Source: Pecten maximus (Eukaryota). From it: a stretch of 64,000 bases of DNA. A program made the translations under genes and the position numbers. The notes under the pieces were generated by a model. The model searched no databases. It was given only the letters and a program-made list of their open reading frames with translations, and was not told where the DNA came from. The first letter of the stretch is position 1; every line of letters begins with the position of its first letter. Positions 40,359 through 53,555 of this stretch are shown piece after piece. The stretch covers positions 17,794,001 to 17,858,000 of the forward strand of contig NC_047024.1 of the NCBI RefSeq assembly GCF_902652985.1, read 5' to 3'.

Positions 40359-41957
40359 CTTGGTTGAGTTTCTTGTAGTTGATAGTGATTACATAAATGA
40401 CATGACAAGGTATAGCACTTTTAGCATTGACTTAGTAACAGATACATTATATATATTATACCCTCGATGCTGCAGTCTTCTAGAATTTCTTATTTATTAC
40501 AGGTGACAAAAGTAATGGGAGTCCAGAGGACCCCGAAACACAAAATGGGTATAAGGAAATGTTCAATAAAAGCAGAAATTAATCTATTTGGTGCATTTTC
40601 GAAATTGCAATTTCCATATTTGGAATGCAATATAATTATCTATTATGTCATATGTGAACGATCAAAATAATCTACATGTATTACATCGTAGCTAGGGTTT
40701 ACAAATGGCACGTGCTGTCCACATTGACTAAGGGTTGTCTGAATGTGCGATATGTAATTTGTTTCCTCTCAGAATAACTTTTTCTTTTAAATGTCTCCCA
40801 TAATACTGCCTGATACTCGCATTTTAAGAACAGCGTTCTTTCTTTTCGAGGAAACAGCAGATTCTCTCCCCTAGGCCGGCAGATACTAATGTGGAGTTTT
40901 GTTTGTGGTCTCTGCTTTACTCAATCATTAAAACTCAAAACGTTAACTTTCTTTTTCTTTATCAAATTAACAATAATCTTATGTTTTATTTCATATATAC
41001 CATGCATCAGCTATCTATCTGACACTGCAAGAAATTATAAATGAAACAATATATGAATAACTATAAAATGAAATTCAGCTTCTTTCACAATTCACAGGTA
41101 CTCTGTGTATCGCCAAAATGTAATCCCTGATCAACACATTCTGAAAATAAGTGAGAACACTGTACTCTTTATAAATGTGAACCATAAGACATTGATTTTG
41201 AGTTGAAGTCTCGGGGTATATTCGTTTATCATGCATGTGAGTTAAATGAACACTGGCTGAACTATAAAATGACGAGTTAAAGCTCGTGTAATTTAAAAAC
41301 GTGCCACTTTCCATCATAAGAATATGATGTAAATGCCCAGTACACGGAAAATACCATGAATCATGACTGTAAGGGCAAATTTCATTCCATAATACTGATG
41401 ATTTATGCAGTATTATATGTTGGTAGTTTTCAGTTATAAAAGAAATATTATCTTGGTGTGTAATAGAGTAGCGTATATTGCAATTCAGAAAAGTTGAGTA
41501 ATAAAAATAAATGGTTATATTTATTTTTACTAAAAGAACATCATCAGTTGTGCGTTTTCCCCATGTTTGTCAAAATCATGTTTGATAATAATTATAATAA
41601 TAATTACAACAAAATTTACCATTTATTTCACTTCTACTGAAAGAGTCATATGTTTCGAATCAGCTATCGACATTATAACATTGCGATTATCTTAGTTTGA
41701 ACTGCAATGTCGTGTAATGTACCATCAGTGAAAGTTACAACTCATATTTCAAACCTTATTTATACAGTTCCTAGGTCAATCAATGAAAAGACAATCGAAA
41801 CATTAAAAAGGGGATATAAAGCCCGTCGTCCCACTAGATTATGAATAGTTTTTTTAAAAGGTAAAACCTGCAAAGAAATTGCGATTTGCTAATGGTTTTA
41901 GTCCTAGCGGCCATTTTTGGGCGATTGGTTTTAATACGGTGGTAATGACACACACCC

Positions 41958-41958
<1 letters not shown>

Positions 41959-41998
<40 letters not shown>
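41959..41998. repeat. (CA)n microsatellite
   Basis: About 19 CA units. Confidence 0.95.
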
Positions 41999-42007
<9 letters not shown>

Positions 42008-42559
42008 GGCAAAATAAAAAAAACATTATATTAAATGTGTATTAAGTATTTGTGTATACTTGTGAATACGAAACTGTTGTGACATTGATGAGTGATGATG
42101 CGTTTTATTAAGTATATACTGGAAAGTAATACTGGAAAGTACTTAATAAAGGCAATTACCCTAGAGAGAATATATTACATTCAATATATAATATAACCTT
42201 TGGGAGCAGCATTGACAGCATTTTGATACCTGTGTTTCTGTCTCGGGTGAAAAGAACTGTCTTGTGCAAGTCTATGATATAATTTAAGCTACGTAACACC
42301 ATGTTATTATTAACAACACCTTATACAATGACTTGATAACAATTACTGTAAAATTATTCGTGTGTATATAATGATTTTTTTATACTAATTACTTGAAATT
42401 GTGTTACAGTATATATGATGTCTTATTCTATACTAAACATGCTGACATATGTACAATTATAGACGTAGGGGTTTCTATGAAGAAGTCCGAAAAGCCTGTG
42501 ACGTATTTTTCTAATTCGGTACATCTCTGGCGTTTTCCGCGCGCCAATACCAATCGATC

Positions 42560-42621
42560 AAACATGTAGAAGCGTATTTTAGCGAACAAGTTTCAGCCTG
42601 CCGCGGTAAACAGTATAAATA
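42560..42621 (+). promoter_or_regulatory. Promoter of VWA gene copy A: p53-like element plus TATA box
   Basis: AAACATGTAG (42560), GAACAAGTTT-CAGCCTGCCG (42584-42603), TATAAATA (42614). Conserved in all four copies. CRE-like TGACGTA at ~42499. Confidence 0.6.
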
Positions 42622-43224
42622 GGGGTGCGAACAGACGACAGGCAGCAGTGTGTATTGGATCGGCGAGGTGAACACATTCACTGTACTGTACCTACGACTA
42701 CACACGTATACAGTGTAAAGCTATCGACTGGTTATAAACTACATATACCTAAGCTACCTTACTCTACGGTTATTAGAAAAGGTGATTTATGTAAACAAAT
42801 CTTAAAGGTTTTGAATAAGAATGTCAAACTTAATCAATACTATTTTATAGGAAGCGTAATTGATGTTAAAATTTAGCTAGTAAACCTCACAGCCTTTACC
42901 TTCATTTGCCCTAATAGTAACAGATCGTATATAGGGTTTAAAAAGAAAGTTCGCCTGAAGAGACTGTTTCATTTCATATACTACGTATGTAAGTAAAGGT
43001 GGTTTCAACGAAATAATTATAGGTTTTCATCAAAACAAAATTAAGAAATATTTCTATCATCTTTGTTCAAGTTTAGAAGTTTTTGTTGTATAGATGTAAA
43101 TATTACCAATCGTTAGACAATTATAACAATTCATGTATATTTATCTCTAGTATACCAATAAAGTAAAGTAATGGAGGAATAAGAATATAACGTTTTTATA
43201 AATATATTTTCAGATTTTATAATC

Positions 43225-45122
43225 ATGGCGGCACCACCCATGCTTCCACCTGGAGGACTCCTTGAAATCGTCTTCTCCTTTGATACTACCGGATCCATGT
43301 CCTCCATACTTGAGGAGGTCCAGGGAAGGCTACAGGACATGATACAGCGCCTCCAGGCGGATATTCCCGGCATCAGAATTGGTGTCATAGCCCATGGCGA
43401 TTACTGTGACGAAAAAGTCTTCTACTTGACCAAAGAACTTGACCTATGTACAAACGTTGTAGAACTTTGTAACTTCGTGAAGGGTGTGGAAGGAACTGGT
43501 GGTGGAGATGAAGATGAATGTTATGAATTAATTCTCCGAATGGTTCGACAAAATTTCACATGGACGCCAGCATCACAGAAAATCCTGGTCATGATTGGAG
43601 ACGCCAAACCCCATGAACCTGAATATGAACTGAATGTTGATAACATTGACTGGAGAGCAGAAGTCACGGATCTTCACAATATGGTAAGTAATGGAACCAT
43701 AACTGATCAATAACCTGTATGATTCAGAAATAATTATACATTTATCATATCAATATGAATCTCTAAAGGACTAAGTTCATTCCTGTAAAATCAATAATGA
43801 CAATTCTTTTTTCAGGGTGTGAAAATATATGGTGTCCAGGTGTTTGATCACCAAGGCGTTGAGGACTTCTACAAGACGATTTCCACAAACACAGAAGGAC
43901 ATTACCTCAAGCTGAACGAATTTTCCAATATCTGTGACTTCCTCATGGCTATCTGTTATCGGGAGAGGGGCGAGGACCTTTTTTCTGTAAGTATCAAACA
44001 CTGCCAAAAATCATGCAAATGTTTACCTGGAATATGAACTGAATTGATAAACATTATGCATTGTTCTTATCTTTCAGTTAGATAAAGCTTAAACATAGTA
44101 AAGACAAATATCAATAATTTCTAATTTGTCTATTACAGGGCTACGAAGCCGAAGTCCGAGGTCGATATGGGTCAGGTGGTATTAACAGAGACCTAGAGGG
44201 ATTATTTGGAACTCTGAGGAAGACCGATTCAAGTACAAGTGGCATTCACCCAGCCCCGTCACTTATTTCACCAATGTCATCTACAACAACGACTGTTACA
44301 ATGCCAACACCAAAGGTGACTCCTAATAGGCCAAGGGTGAATCCCAAGCGAAGGAACGTCACTGCCAGCAATATAAAGGTAACGACTGGTTTTTAGAGGC
44401 TTTATATTTTAAACAAAATTTTAAAATCCAAATATCGAACCAAAATTTGAATAATAATCACTGTAAATAAATTCCTTCGGCACTGCTCCAAGATTAAATT
44501 TCTTCTCTTGATATTAACTTGTTTTAGCTAGTGGGAATGCAACATCAACTAATAATTATATATTAAAATTTTCCAGAACAAATTCAAGAAAAGTGGTGAT
44601 GATGCTGATATGATTCCAAGAGAGAAAACAACGAATAAAGCCTTCACGTGCAACTGTCTAGATTGGACGTCATGGAGACTGGCGTATATTCCAACAGACG
44701 TGAATGAAGAAAAGACAAAACGTGGATTCAGGCGGAACTTCAGGGGAGCATGTCATAGGCGTGTTCAACTTTTCAGAGACAATTGCAAATCAGCCCTCTA
44801 TGAGGTAGCAGTACAAACAAAGGCACGTGGAAAACGCCACGTGATGTTCTCCAAGGTCATTTCCGGTACTATTGACAATCGTGAATGGGAATACAATCTT
44901 CTGTTTGGAGCGAAACAACGACTTCGCAGACAAATAAAAAGTGTTGTCGAACAGGGCTGCAAAGTGTTTGTAAGAAGGGCAGTCCTGAGTAAGAAATCTC
45001 TTGCTGAAGTGGACACTTTGAACAAATATAGTTACGCATGGAACCTCCAGAAATATACTCGTCAACACAGACGTGTCGTGAGAGACTATGTCGTCATTTC
45101 CGGTGAATGTATGGAGGAATAA
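43225..45122 (+). CDS. VWA domain + S/T/P/basic linker + ET-like (GIY-YIG-fold) domain protein, copy A, 471 aa; exons 43225-43683, 43816-43986, 44139-44378, 44577-45122
   Basis: Phase-0 GT-AG introns. VWA motifs IVFSFDTTGSM, IRIGVIAHGDYCD, TGGGDEDECYE, LVMIGDAKPH, GVKIYGVQ, FYKTIS..TEGHYL. C-terminal WTSW...ALYEVAV...HVMFSK...GCKVFVRRA...AE...KYSYAWN. No signal peptide. Confidence 0.9.
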
Positions 45123-47580
45123 ATTGGAGATTTGTGACACTGATAACTTAAGTGATGAAATAGGAAATATATGAACAGTATGTGATATCCAAGTAAATTG
45201 CCATTTCATTCCCTTGCCATTTCATGTTAAATACATATTTGTTATATATGTGCCATATGTATATATTTATCGTATTACTTTTTACCTATCTTGTTATTGT
45301 TTTGGTTGAAATAAAAATTATTAATGATTTATCTTTGTCGTCGTATATCAATGATGTCAAATGGTAAACAGATGATTATCGTCTGACAATATCAAGTAAT
45401 AAAATTCAAACTCCATTAAGAATATGTATTTCAATGTAGTAACATTATCCGTGTTGTAAAAAAACATATAAACTTGTGGTGGGAAGAAATATGAAAACAA
45501 GCGAAAATAATACCACCAACCAGCGTAATATGAATAATAGGGTAAGAAGTTCTTGGATGATAAATATCGCTTTAGATCTAACATTTTGGTGTTTTCCAGT
45601 TGTATATGGGTGTATATCTAAACGATCAGTATATACATATGTACATGTAATATCAAATATATACATGTGATTATTGACTGAACTCTCGTCACATGCACGT
45701 TAGTTTACAGGGGTCGATAAAGCATTATAAAAGAAAATTTGATCAGTTCAATTTCTCTGATTATATATGATATGTTTATGTCGAAAAATGAACAAAACTC
45801 ATCTTACAAACCTTATTAAGATACGATGATAATGAACAGATAAATTGATAGCGATACATGTATCGGTGGTAATCGTCTTATAGCGCATTTGGACTGAAAT
45901 ATTTTTGCTAATTTATTTGAGTATGCTTATTCATCATTTCGTTGACCAGTTTAAATTCAGCTATACGTTTAACATCTAGTGGACCAAAATGTAAAACGCT
46001 GACAGTAGTTTAGAATATAATAATTGAGAATATAAAAACAAAATTAGAAAATAGTAAATAATATTCTTCATACTATACCACAATTTGAACTAGGAATCGA
46101 TAACCAGTACAATGGGTATGAATGTGACTTTAAGGCAAAAGTTAAAATAGCATGAATGAGAAGAAATAAATAAACAAATAATGAAAAAACAACAGTTAAA
46201 TATCAGAGGTGACACGAGGATATCTGCTAAGGTCAAACGAACTACACTGCGTGGATGTGATAAAAAGTATAAACCTAACATTGCAAGTAGGCATCGGGAT
46301 GTTAACACAATAGGAATGATATTGTTGAAAAAAGAAATAATGAAACAAAGAGCCCGCTGTACAATACGCTATAACACATGGATTTGCTTGTGTTCCATTA
46401 CCTTGTGGTTTAATGACCAACTAAGTTATTTATGAATAACCATCACATATTGATTTGATATTTTTGAAAATAAACTTTAAATTCTATTAACCACGATCAC
46501 TATATACAATTATCATCTGATATGGTATATACAGAAACGGCTTCATCGTTTTTAAAAAGCTAATTATCATGTTCATTTAATACTTTTGTTATATTATAGA
46601 ATTATAGAGTTTATCCATTGTCGTTCAGAAATAAGCTATTCAATGATTAGAAAGATTTGCTTATCAAAATATTGTCTCACAATCAAATAAAAACAAAAGC
46701 ATATACATATTACGTGTAACTCGTTATCCAAATGATACTAGGACCCTTACATCAACAACAGCCACAAATGCATTATCTATTGATACGAGTACTTATAATA
46801 TTTTCGCATTACTTAATCGGGAGATTCGGCAAACTAAGTACAATGCTTATAATAATACATATATTGATTAAATCATAACAAAAATGAATAATTTAAAGGA
46901 GGATGTGACATTGTGGAAATGTGTATATACTGAACTTATAATAGCAAATATTATATACAAACTCCCGGGAACGATGTTAATAGAAGCAAGAACTGAGGTA
47001 GCATATTTTACCATACTATTTATCACCAAAAGTCAGACACGTATTATTGTAAAAAAACCTTACTTGTGTTACATGAAAGATCGTGCGTATGTCAACAGAG
47101 ATTACATGTATATGGAAAACACGTGCTGACATACAAAACAATGTGTAACATTCGATCGAAATTGTTTTAATAGAATCGAGAGGTCATATGTATACACGAC
47201 TAAGAATTTGACCAGATTGATGATCTATATAATCCCTGTTGTGTATTTTGCTCTGTCTAACGATTTATAATGTAGAACAGCACACTTATACAATGAAGAA
47301 ACACAATTCCAGTATCGCATCAACATTGTGATGAATGAATGCTATACTTTTGTTGAGAATTATCAAGGATATGACTTCTAATGAGCTTTTGTCTTCATTA
47401 ATATATATATATATATATATATATACGGTCCGCCGAGGCCTTTCATATTTTAACTATGCTGGCCTATGCATATTTATAGACACGGGGCTTAATTCTACAA
47501 AAAAGTCCGAATACGCTGTGACGCGATTTCTAACTCGATACACCTCTGCTTTTTCCCAATGAAGTGGTATCGATCGGTAC

Positions 47581-47642
47581 AAACATGTAGTGGCGTATTT
47601 TAGAGAACATGTCTCAGCCTGCCGCGGGAAACAGTATAAATA
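47581..47642 (+). promoter_or_regulatory. Promoter of copy B: p53-like element plus TATA box
   Basis: AAACATGTAG (47581), GAACATGTCT-CAGCCTGCCG (47605-47624), TATAAATA (47635). Confidence 0.6.
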
Positions 47643-48109
47643 GGGCTGCGAGCAGACGACAGGCAGCAGTGTGTATTGGATCGGCGAGGTGAACACATAC
47701 ACTGTACTATACCTACGACTACACACTTACATGTGTATATAGGGTAAAGCTATCAACTGGTAAACTACATATACCTGATCTACCTTACACTGCGGATATT
47801 AGAAAGAGGTGATTAATGAAAGCAAATCTTAATCATTACTATTTCTAGTTGTTGTTGATATCAGATCTAAAACCTCACAGTCTTAAGGGTATCTTCATTT
47901 TGTCCAATTGCAACAAATCTTGTATAGGGTTTAAAAAGAGCAGATACGTTCACCTTAAGAGACTGCTCAATTCCATCAAAACCTCAGACAATACTGTCAT
48001 AATGTATTGAATATAACAAATCTAGAAAATAATGTCATTATATATCAAAGTAGTATGTACGAATAAGTAAGTTAATTGATCTATAAATCTCCTTTCAGAT
48101 TTAATAATC

Positions 48110-50004
48110 ATGGCGGCACCACCCATGCTTCCACCTGGAGGACTCCTTGAAATCGTCTTCTCCTTTGATACTACCGGATCCATGTCTTCCATACTTGAGG
48201 AGGTCCAGGGAAGGCTACAGGACATGATACAGCGCCTCCAGGCGGACATTCCTGGCATAAGAATCGGTGTCATAGCCCATGGCGATTACTGTGACGAAAA
48301 AGTCTTCTACTTGACCAAGGAACTTGATCTCTGTACAGACGTTGTAGAACTTTGTAACTTCGTGAAGGGGGTGGAAGGAACTGGTGGCGGAGATGAAGAT
48401 GAATGTTATGAATTAATTCTCCGAATGGTCCGACAAAACTTCACATGGACACCAGCATCACAGAAAATCCTGGTCATGATTGGAGACGCCAAACCCCATG
48501 AACCTGAATATGAACTGAATGTTGATAACATTGACTGGAGAGCAGAAGTCACGGATCTTCACAATATGGTAAGTAATGGAACCATAACTGATCAATAACC
48601 TGTATGATTCAGAAATAATTATACATTTATCATATCAATATGAATCTCTAAAGGACTAAGTTCATTCCTGTAAAATCAATAATGACAATTCTTTTTTCAG
48701 GGTGTGAAAATATATGGTGTCCAGGTGTTTGATCACCAAGGCGTTGAGGACTTCTACAAGACGATTTCCACAAACACAGAAGGACATTACCTCAAGCTGA
48801 ACGAATTTTCCAATATCTGTGACTTCCTCATGGTTATCTGTTATCGGGAGAGGGGCGAGGATCTATTTTCTGTAAGTATCAAACACTGCCAAATCACTCA
48901 AATGTTTAACTGGAATATGAACTGAATAGATAAGCATTATGAATTTTTCTAATCTTTCAGTTAGATAAAGCTTAAACATACAAAAGACAATATCAATAAT
49001 TTCTAATTTGTCTATTACAGGGCTACGAAGCCGAGGTCCGAGGTCGGTATGGGTCAGGTGGTATTAACAGAGACCTAGAGGGATTATTTGGAACTCTGAG
49101 GAAGACCGATTCAAGTACAAGTGGCATTCACCCAGCCCCGTCACTTATTTCACCAATGTCATCTACAACAACGACTGTTACAATGCCAACACCAAAGGTG
49201 ACTCCTAATAGGCCAAGGGTGAATCCCAAGCGAAGGAACGTCACTGCCAGCAATATAAAGGTAACGACTGGTTTTTAGAGGCTTTATATTTTAAACAAAA
49301 TTTTAAAATCCAAATATCGAACCAAAATTTGAATAATAATCACTGTAAATAAATTCCTTCGGCACTGCTCCAAGATTAAATTTCTTTTCTTGATATTAAC
49401 TTGTTTTAGCTAGTGGGAATGCAACATCAACTAATAATTATATATTAAAATTTTCCAGAACAAATTCAAGAAAAGTGGTGATGATGCTGATATGATTCCA
49501 AGAGAGAAAACAACGAATAAAGCCTTCACGTGCAACTGTCTAGATTGGACGTCATGGAGACTGGCGTATATTCCAACAGACGTGAATGAAGAAAAGACAA
49601 AACGTGGATTCAGGCGGAACTTCAGGGGAGCATGCCATAGACGTGTTCAACTGTTTAGAGACAATTGCAAATCAGCCCTCTATGAGGTGGCAGTACAAAC
49701 AAAGGCACGTGGAAAACGCCACGTGATGTTCTCCAAGGTCATTTCCGGTACTAATGACAATTGTGAATGGGAATACAATCTTCTGTTTGGAGCGAAACAA
49801 CGACTTCGCAGACAAATAAAAAGTGTTGTCGAGCAGGGCTGCAAAGTGTTTGTAAGAAGGGCAGTCCTGAGTAAGAAATCCCTTGCTGAACTGGACACTT
49901 TGAACAAATATAGTTACGCATGGAATATTCAAAAAGACACTCGTCAACACAGACGTGTCGTGAGAGACTCTGTCGTCATTTCCGGTGAAAGTATGGAGGA
50001 ATAA
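48110..50004 (+). CDS. VWA + ET-like domain protein, copy B, 471 aa; exons 48110-48568, 48701-48871, 49021-49260, 49459-50004
   Basis: Same exon lengths (459/171/240/546) and splice sites as copy A; intact ORF. Confidence 0.9.
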
Positions 50005-51789
50005 GTTAAAGATTTGTGACACTGATAACTTAAGTGATGAAATAGGAAATATATGAACAGTATGTGATATCGAATTAAATTGCCATTGCATTCCTTGCCA
50101 TTCCATGTTAATTACATATTTGTTATATAAATGTGCCATATGTATATATTTTTCGTATTACTTTTTACCTATCTTGTTATTGTTTTGGTTGAAATAAAAA
50201 TTAATATTGACTTATCCTTGTCGTTGTATATCAGTGGTGTCAAATGGTCAACAGATGATTATCGTCTTATAATATCATGGAATAAAATTCAAACTGTATT
50301 CAGAAGATTTATTTCAATGTTGTAACGTTATCCGTAATGTAAACAAACATTAAACTTGTGGTGTGAGACATATGAAAACAAACGAAAATGAAACCACCAC
50401 TCAGCGTAATATGAATAATAGGGTGTGAAAATCTTGGATGACCAGCTGTAAATTCTGAAAGAGACATCTCTGTCATCGTGTTCAACTGAGAACGATGTTT
50501 TATATTGTAAAACAATCCAAGTTTGGTATTACCTTTCTGATTTATATAATGTGTGTACAAATAAAAAATCAAAGTAAAATAAGTTTTGAATGGTATTAAC
50601 AGACGCATGTAACGATCAAAACCGTGTGACTGCACTTTTAGTATGGACTTAGTAATAGACACAATAGATACATTAAACCTCGATACTGCAGTCTTCTAGA
50701 ATTTCTTATTTATTACAGGTGACAAAAATAATGGTAGTCCAGAAAACCCCGAAAAACAAAATAGGTATAATCAAATGCTCAATTATATCATAAGTAAATC
50801 TATTTGGTGCATTTTCTAAATTGCAGTTTCCATTTTTGGAATGCCATATAACTATCTACTATGTCATATGTAAACGATCCAAATAATCTACTTATATTAC
50901 ATCGCAGCTAGGGTTTACAAATGGCACGTGCTGTCCACATTGAATAAGGGTTGTCAGAAAGTGAATCAATATATAAATAACTTTATAAAATGAAATTCAG
51001 CTTCTGTAAATTCTTGGAAGACGAAATGCTTCACAATTTATAGGTACTCTGCTTATCGCTAAAAAGTATTCTCTAATGGACGTATTTAGAAAATCAATAT
51101 GAGACATACCATATACCGATGTGTATTAAAACGTTTAACAATAAATATCCAAAAGGGAGGGAACTTAAATATGTAGCTAGGTTTTTAGCTAGGTTTTTAC
51201 AAGATAAAAACCTATACTAAGTGATTTCACATGTTTCCTAAAATGATTTGATTTGTATATACATCGCGAGTGTAAATAAGATGACCTTGATGTACTGCAT
51301 GAATTAGTACGCATTCTCGTAGATTTTTTAAGTATGTTTTTTCCTCTGCTGTAAATACAGCATGCTAAAACAATTGAGTAAATTTTGTTCTAGTATAGCC
51401 ACTAATTTGTATAAGATATATATGGCAGAACAGTGTGCCTTATCTTCATCAGAGGGGCGTCACTTCAGGTTCTGTTTATTTTCTTTCATTTGTTTTCTGT
51501 CCGAAAGTGGTCTTAAAGTGCCAGGACGTTTTTTTTTACCCTTCTGCAAGGTTTGTATCCTATCCAGAAATATCAGTAACAGACTTCGGGTTTTTTGTAA
51601 CTAGTTCGGAAGAGTTTGTAACAGAAGCACTTTAGCTTAATTGTCCGGAAAAAACAAGGCTTATCTACCTTGAAGCGATTTTGAAATCCTTACCTGAAGC
51701 TTAATTCACTTCTACTATACCATTACATTCCTTAATTTCCTATTCCATTCTGTGCAATTAAACAAATAAACAACACTGTACTCTTTCAT

Positions 51790-52940
51790 AGATCCTATGA
51801 CTTTAGGTAACCAGAGTGTAGGTGGATATCGTAGATCCCATGACTTTATAGGTACAAATGTAACCAGAGTGTAGGTGGATATCGTAGATCCCATGACTTT
51901 ATAGGTACAAATGTAACCAGAGTGTAGGTAGATATCGTAGATCCTGTAACTTTATAGGTAACCGGAGTGTAGGTGGATATCGTGGATCCTATGACTTTAT
52001 AGGTAACCAGAGTGTAGGTGGATATCGTAGATCATGTGACTTTATAGGTAACCAGAGTGTAGGTGGATATCGTAGATCATGTGACTTTATAGGTAACTAG
52101 AGTGTAGGTGGATATCGTAGATCCTATGTCGTTATAGGTAACCAGAGTGTAGGTGGATATCGTAGATCCTATGACTTTATAGGTAACCAGAGTGTATGTG
52201 GATATCGTAGATTATGTGACTTTATAGGTAACCAGAGTGTAGGTGGATATCGTAGATCCTATTACATTATAGGTAACCAGAGTGTAGGTGGATATCGTAG
52301 ATCCTATAACTTTATAGGTAACCAGAGTTTAGACGGACATCGTAGATCCTATGACATTATAGGTAACCGGAGTGTAGGTGGATATCGTGGATCCTATGAC
52401 TTTATAGGTAACCAGAGTGTAGGTGGATATCGTAGATCCTATGACATTATAGGTTACCAAAGTGTAGGTGGATATCGTAGATCCTATGACTTTATAGGTA
52501 ACCAGAGTGTATGAGGATATCGTAGATCATGTGACTTTATAGATAACCAGAGTGTAGGTGGATATCGTAGATCCTATGACTTTATAGGTAGCCAGAGTGT
52601 AGGTGGATATCGTAGATCATGTGACTTTATAGGTAACCAGAGTGTAGGTGGATATCGTAGATCCTATGACGTTATAGGTAACCAGAGTGTAGGTGGATAT
52701 CGTAGATCCTATGACTTTATAGGTAACCAGAGTGTAGGTGGATATCGTAGATCCTATGACTTTATAGGTAACCAGAGTGTAGGTGGATATTGTAGTTCCT
52801 ATGTCATTATAGGTAACCAGAGTGTAGGTGGATATTGTAGTTCCTATGACTTTAGAGGTAACCAGAGTGTAGGTGGATATCATAGATCCTATGACTTTAT
52901 AGATAACCAGAGTTTAGGTGGATATCGTAGATCCTATGCT
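51790..52940. repeat. 45-bp minisatellite, about 25 copies
   Basis: Unit gatatcgtagatcctatgactttataggtaaccagagtgtaggtg, head to tail with no spacers. Confidence 0.95.
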
Positions 52941-52954
52941 TTTATGGAGGGTTA

Positions 52955-53475
52955 GTATAAGCAGTACACATTAAGTCATTGGCAGTAAGCAGTACGCAGT
53001 AAGCCCTTGACTATACGTAATACGCAATAACCCCTAAGCAGTAAACAGTAAGCAACGAGCCCTAGACTAAATGCAGTACACGATAAGTCTAGGAAATAAG
53101 CAGTACGCAGTAAGCCTTAAGCTATAAGCAGTACGCAGTATGCATTATGCTATGAGCAGTACGCATACAGCCCACAACTATTAGCATTACGCAATAACTC
53201 CTAGTACGTTTTTTCATAGATATTACTGTGTAAGCCTTAGACTATAAACAGTATGCAATCAGCCATACATATCACGCTGTAAGCTCTATAAGCAGTTCGC
53301 AGTTTTCCATAGATATCACGGTGTAAGACCTATAGCTATAAGCAGTATGCAGTCAGCCTTATACTATAAGCAGTAAATGTATACCTAGAAGTAAGTAGTA
53401 AGCAGTAAATCTATACTAAGAAGAACGCAGTAAGTAGTTGATTTATAGCTGCAAATTCGCAGTAAGCAGTAGATA
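52955..53475. repeat. Degenerate short tandem repeat (taagcagtacgcag motif)
   Basis: Recurring aagcagtacgcagtaagcc-like units. Confidence 0.7.
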
Positions 53476-53555
53476 TATTGCTGTCACTTATGGAATTCCA
53501 CTGCTGTAACATTTTCAGGCTATACATTTACCTCCCCATGGAAGAAAGAGAGACT

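Noticed and set aside
42511-42705. ORF MCSRRYSTV... recurring at all four promoters
   Set aside because: GTG-start antisense frame over the promoter and 5' UTR; length and C-terminus vary between copies.
43225-45122. Treating the 162-, 72- and 170-aa ORFs as a prokaryotic-style operon of separate genes
   Set aside because: They are bounded by canonical phase-0 splice sites and join, with an additional 240-nt exon, into a single ORF.
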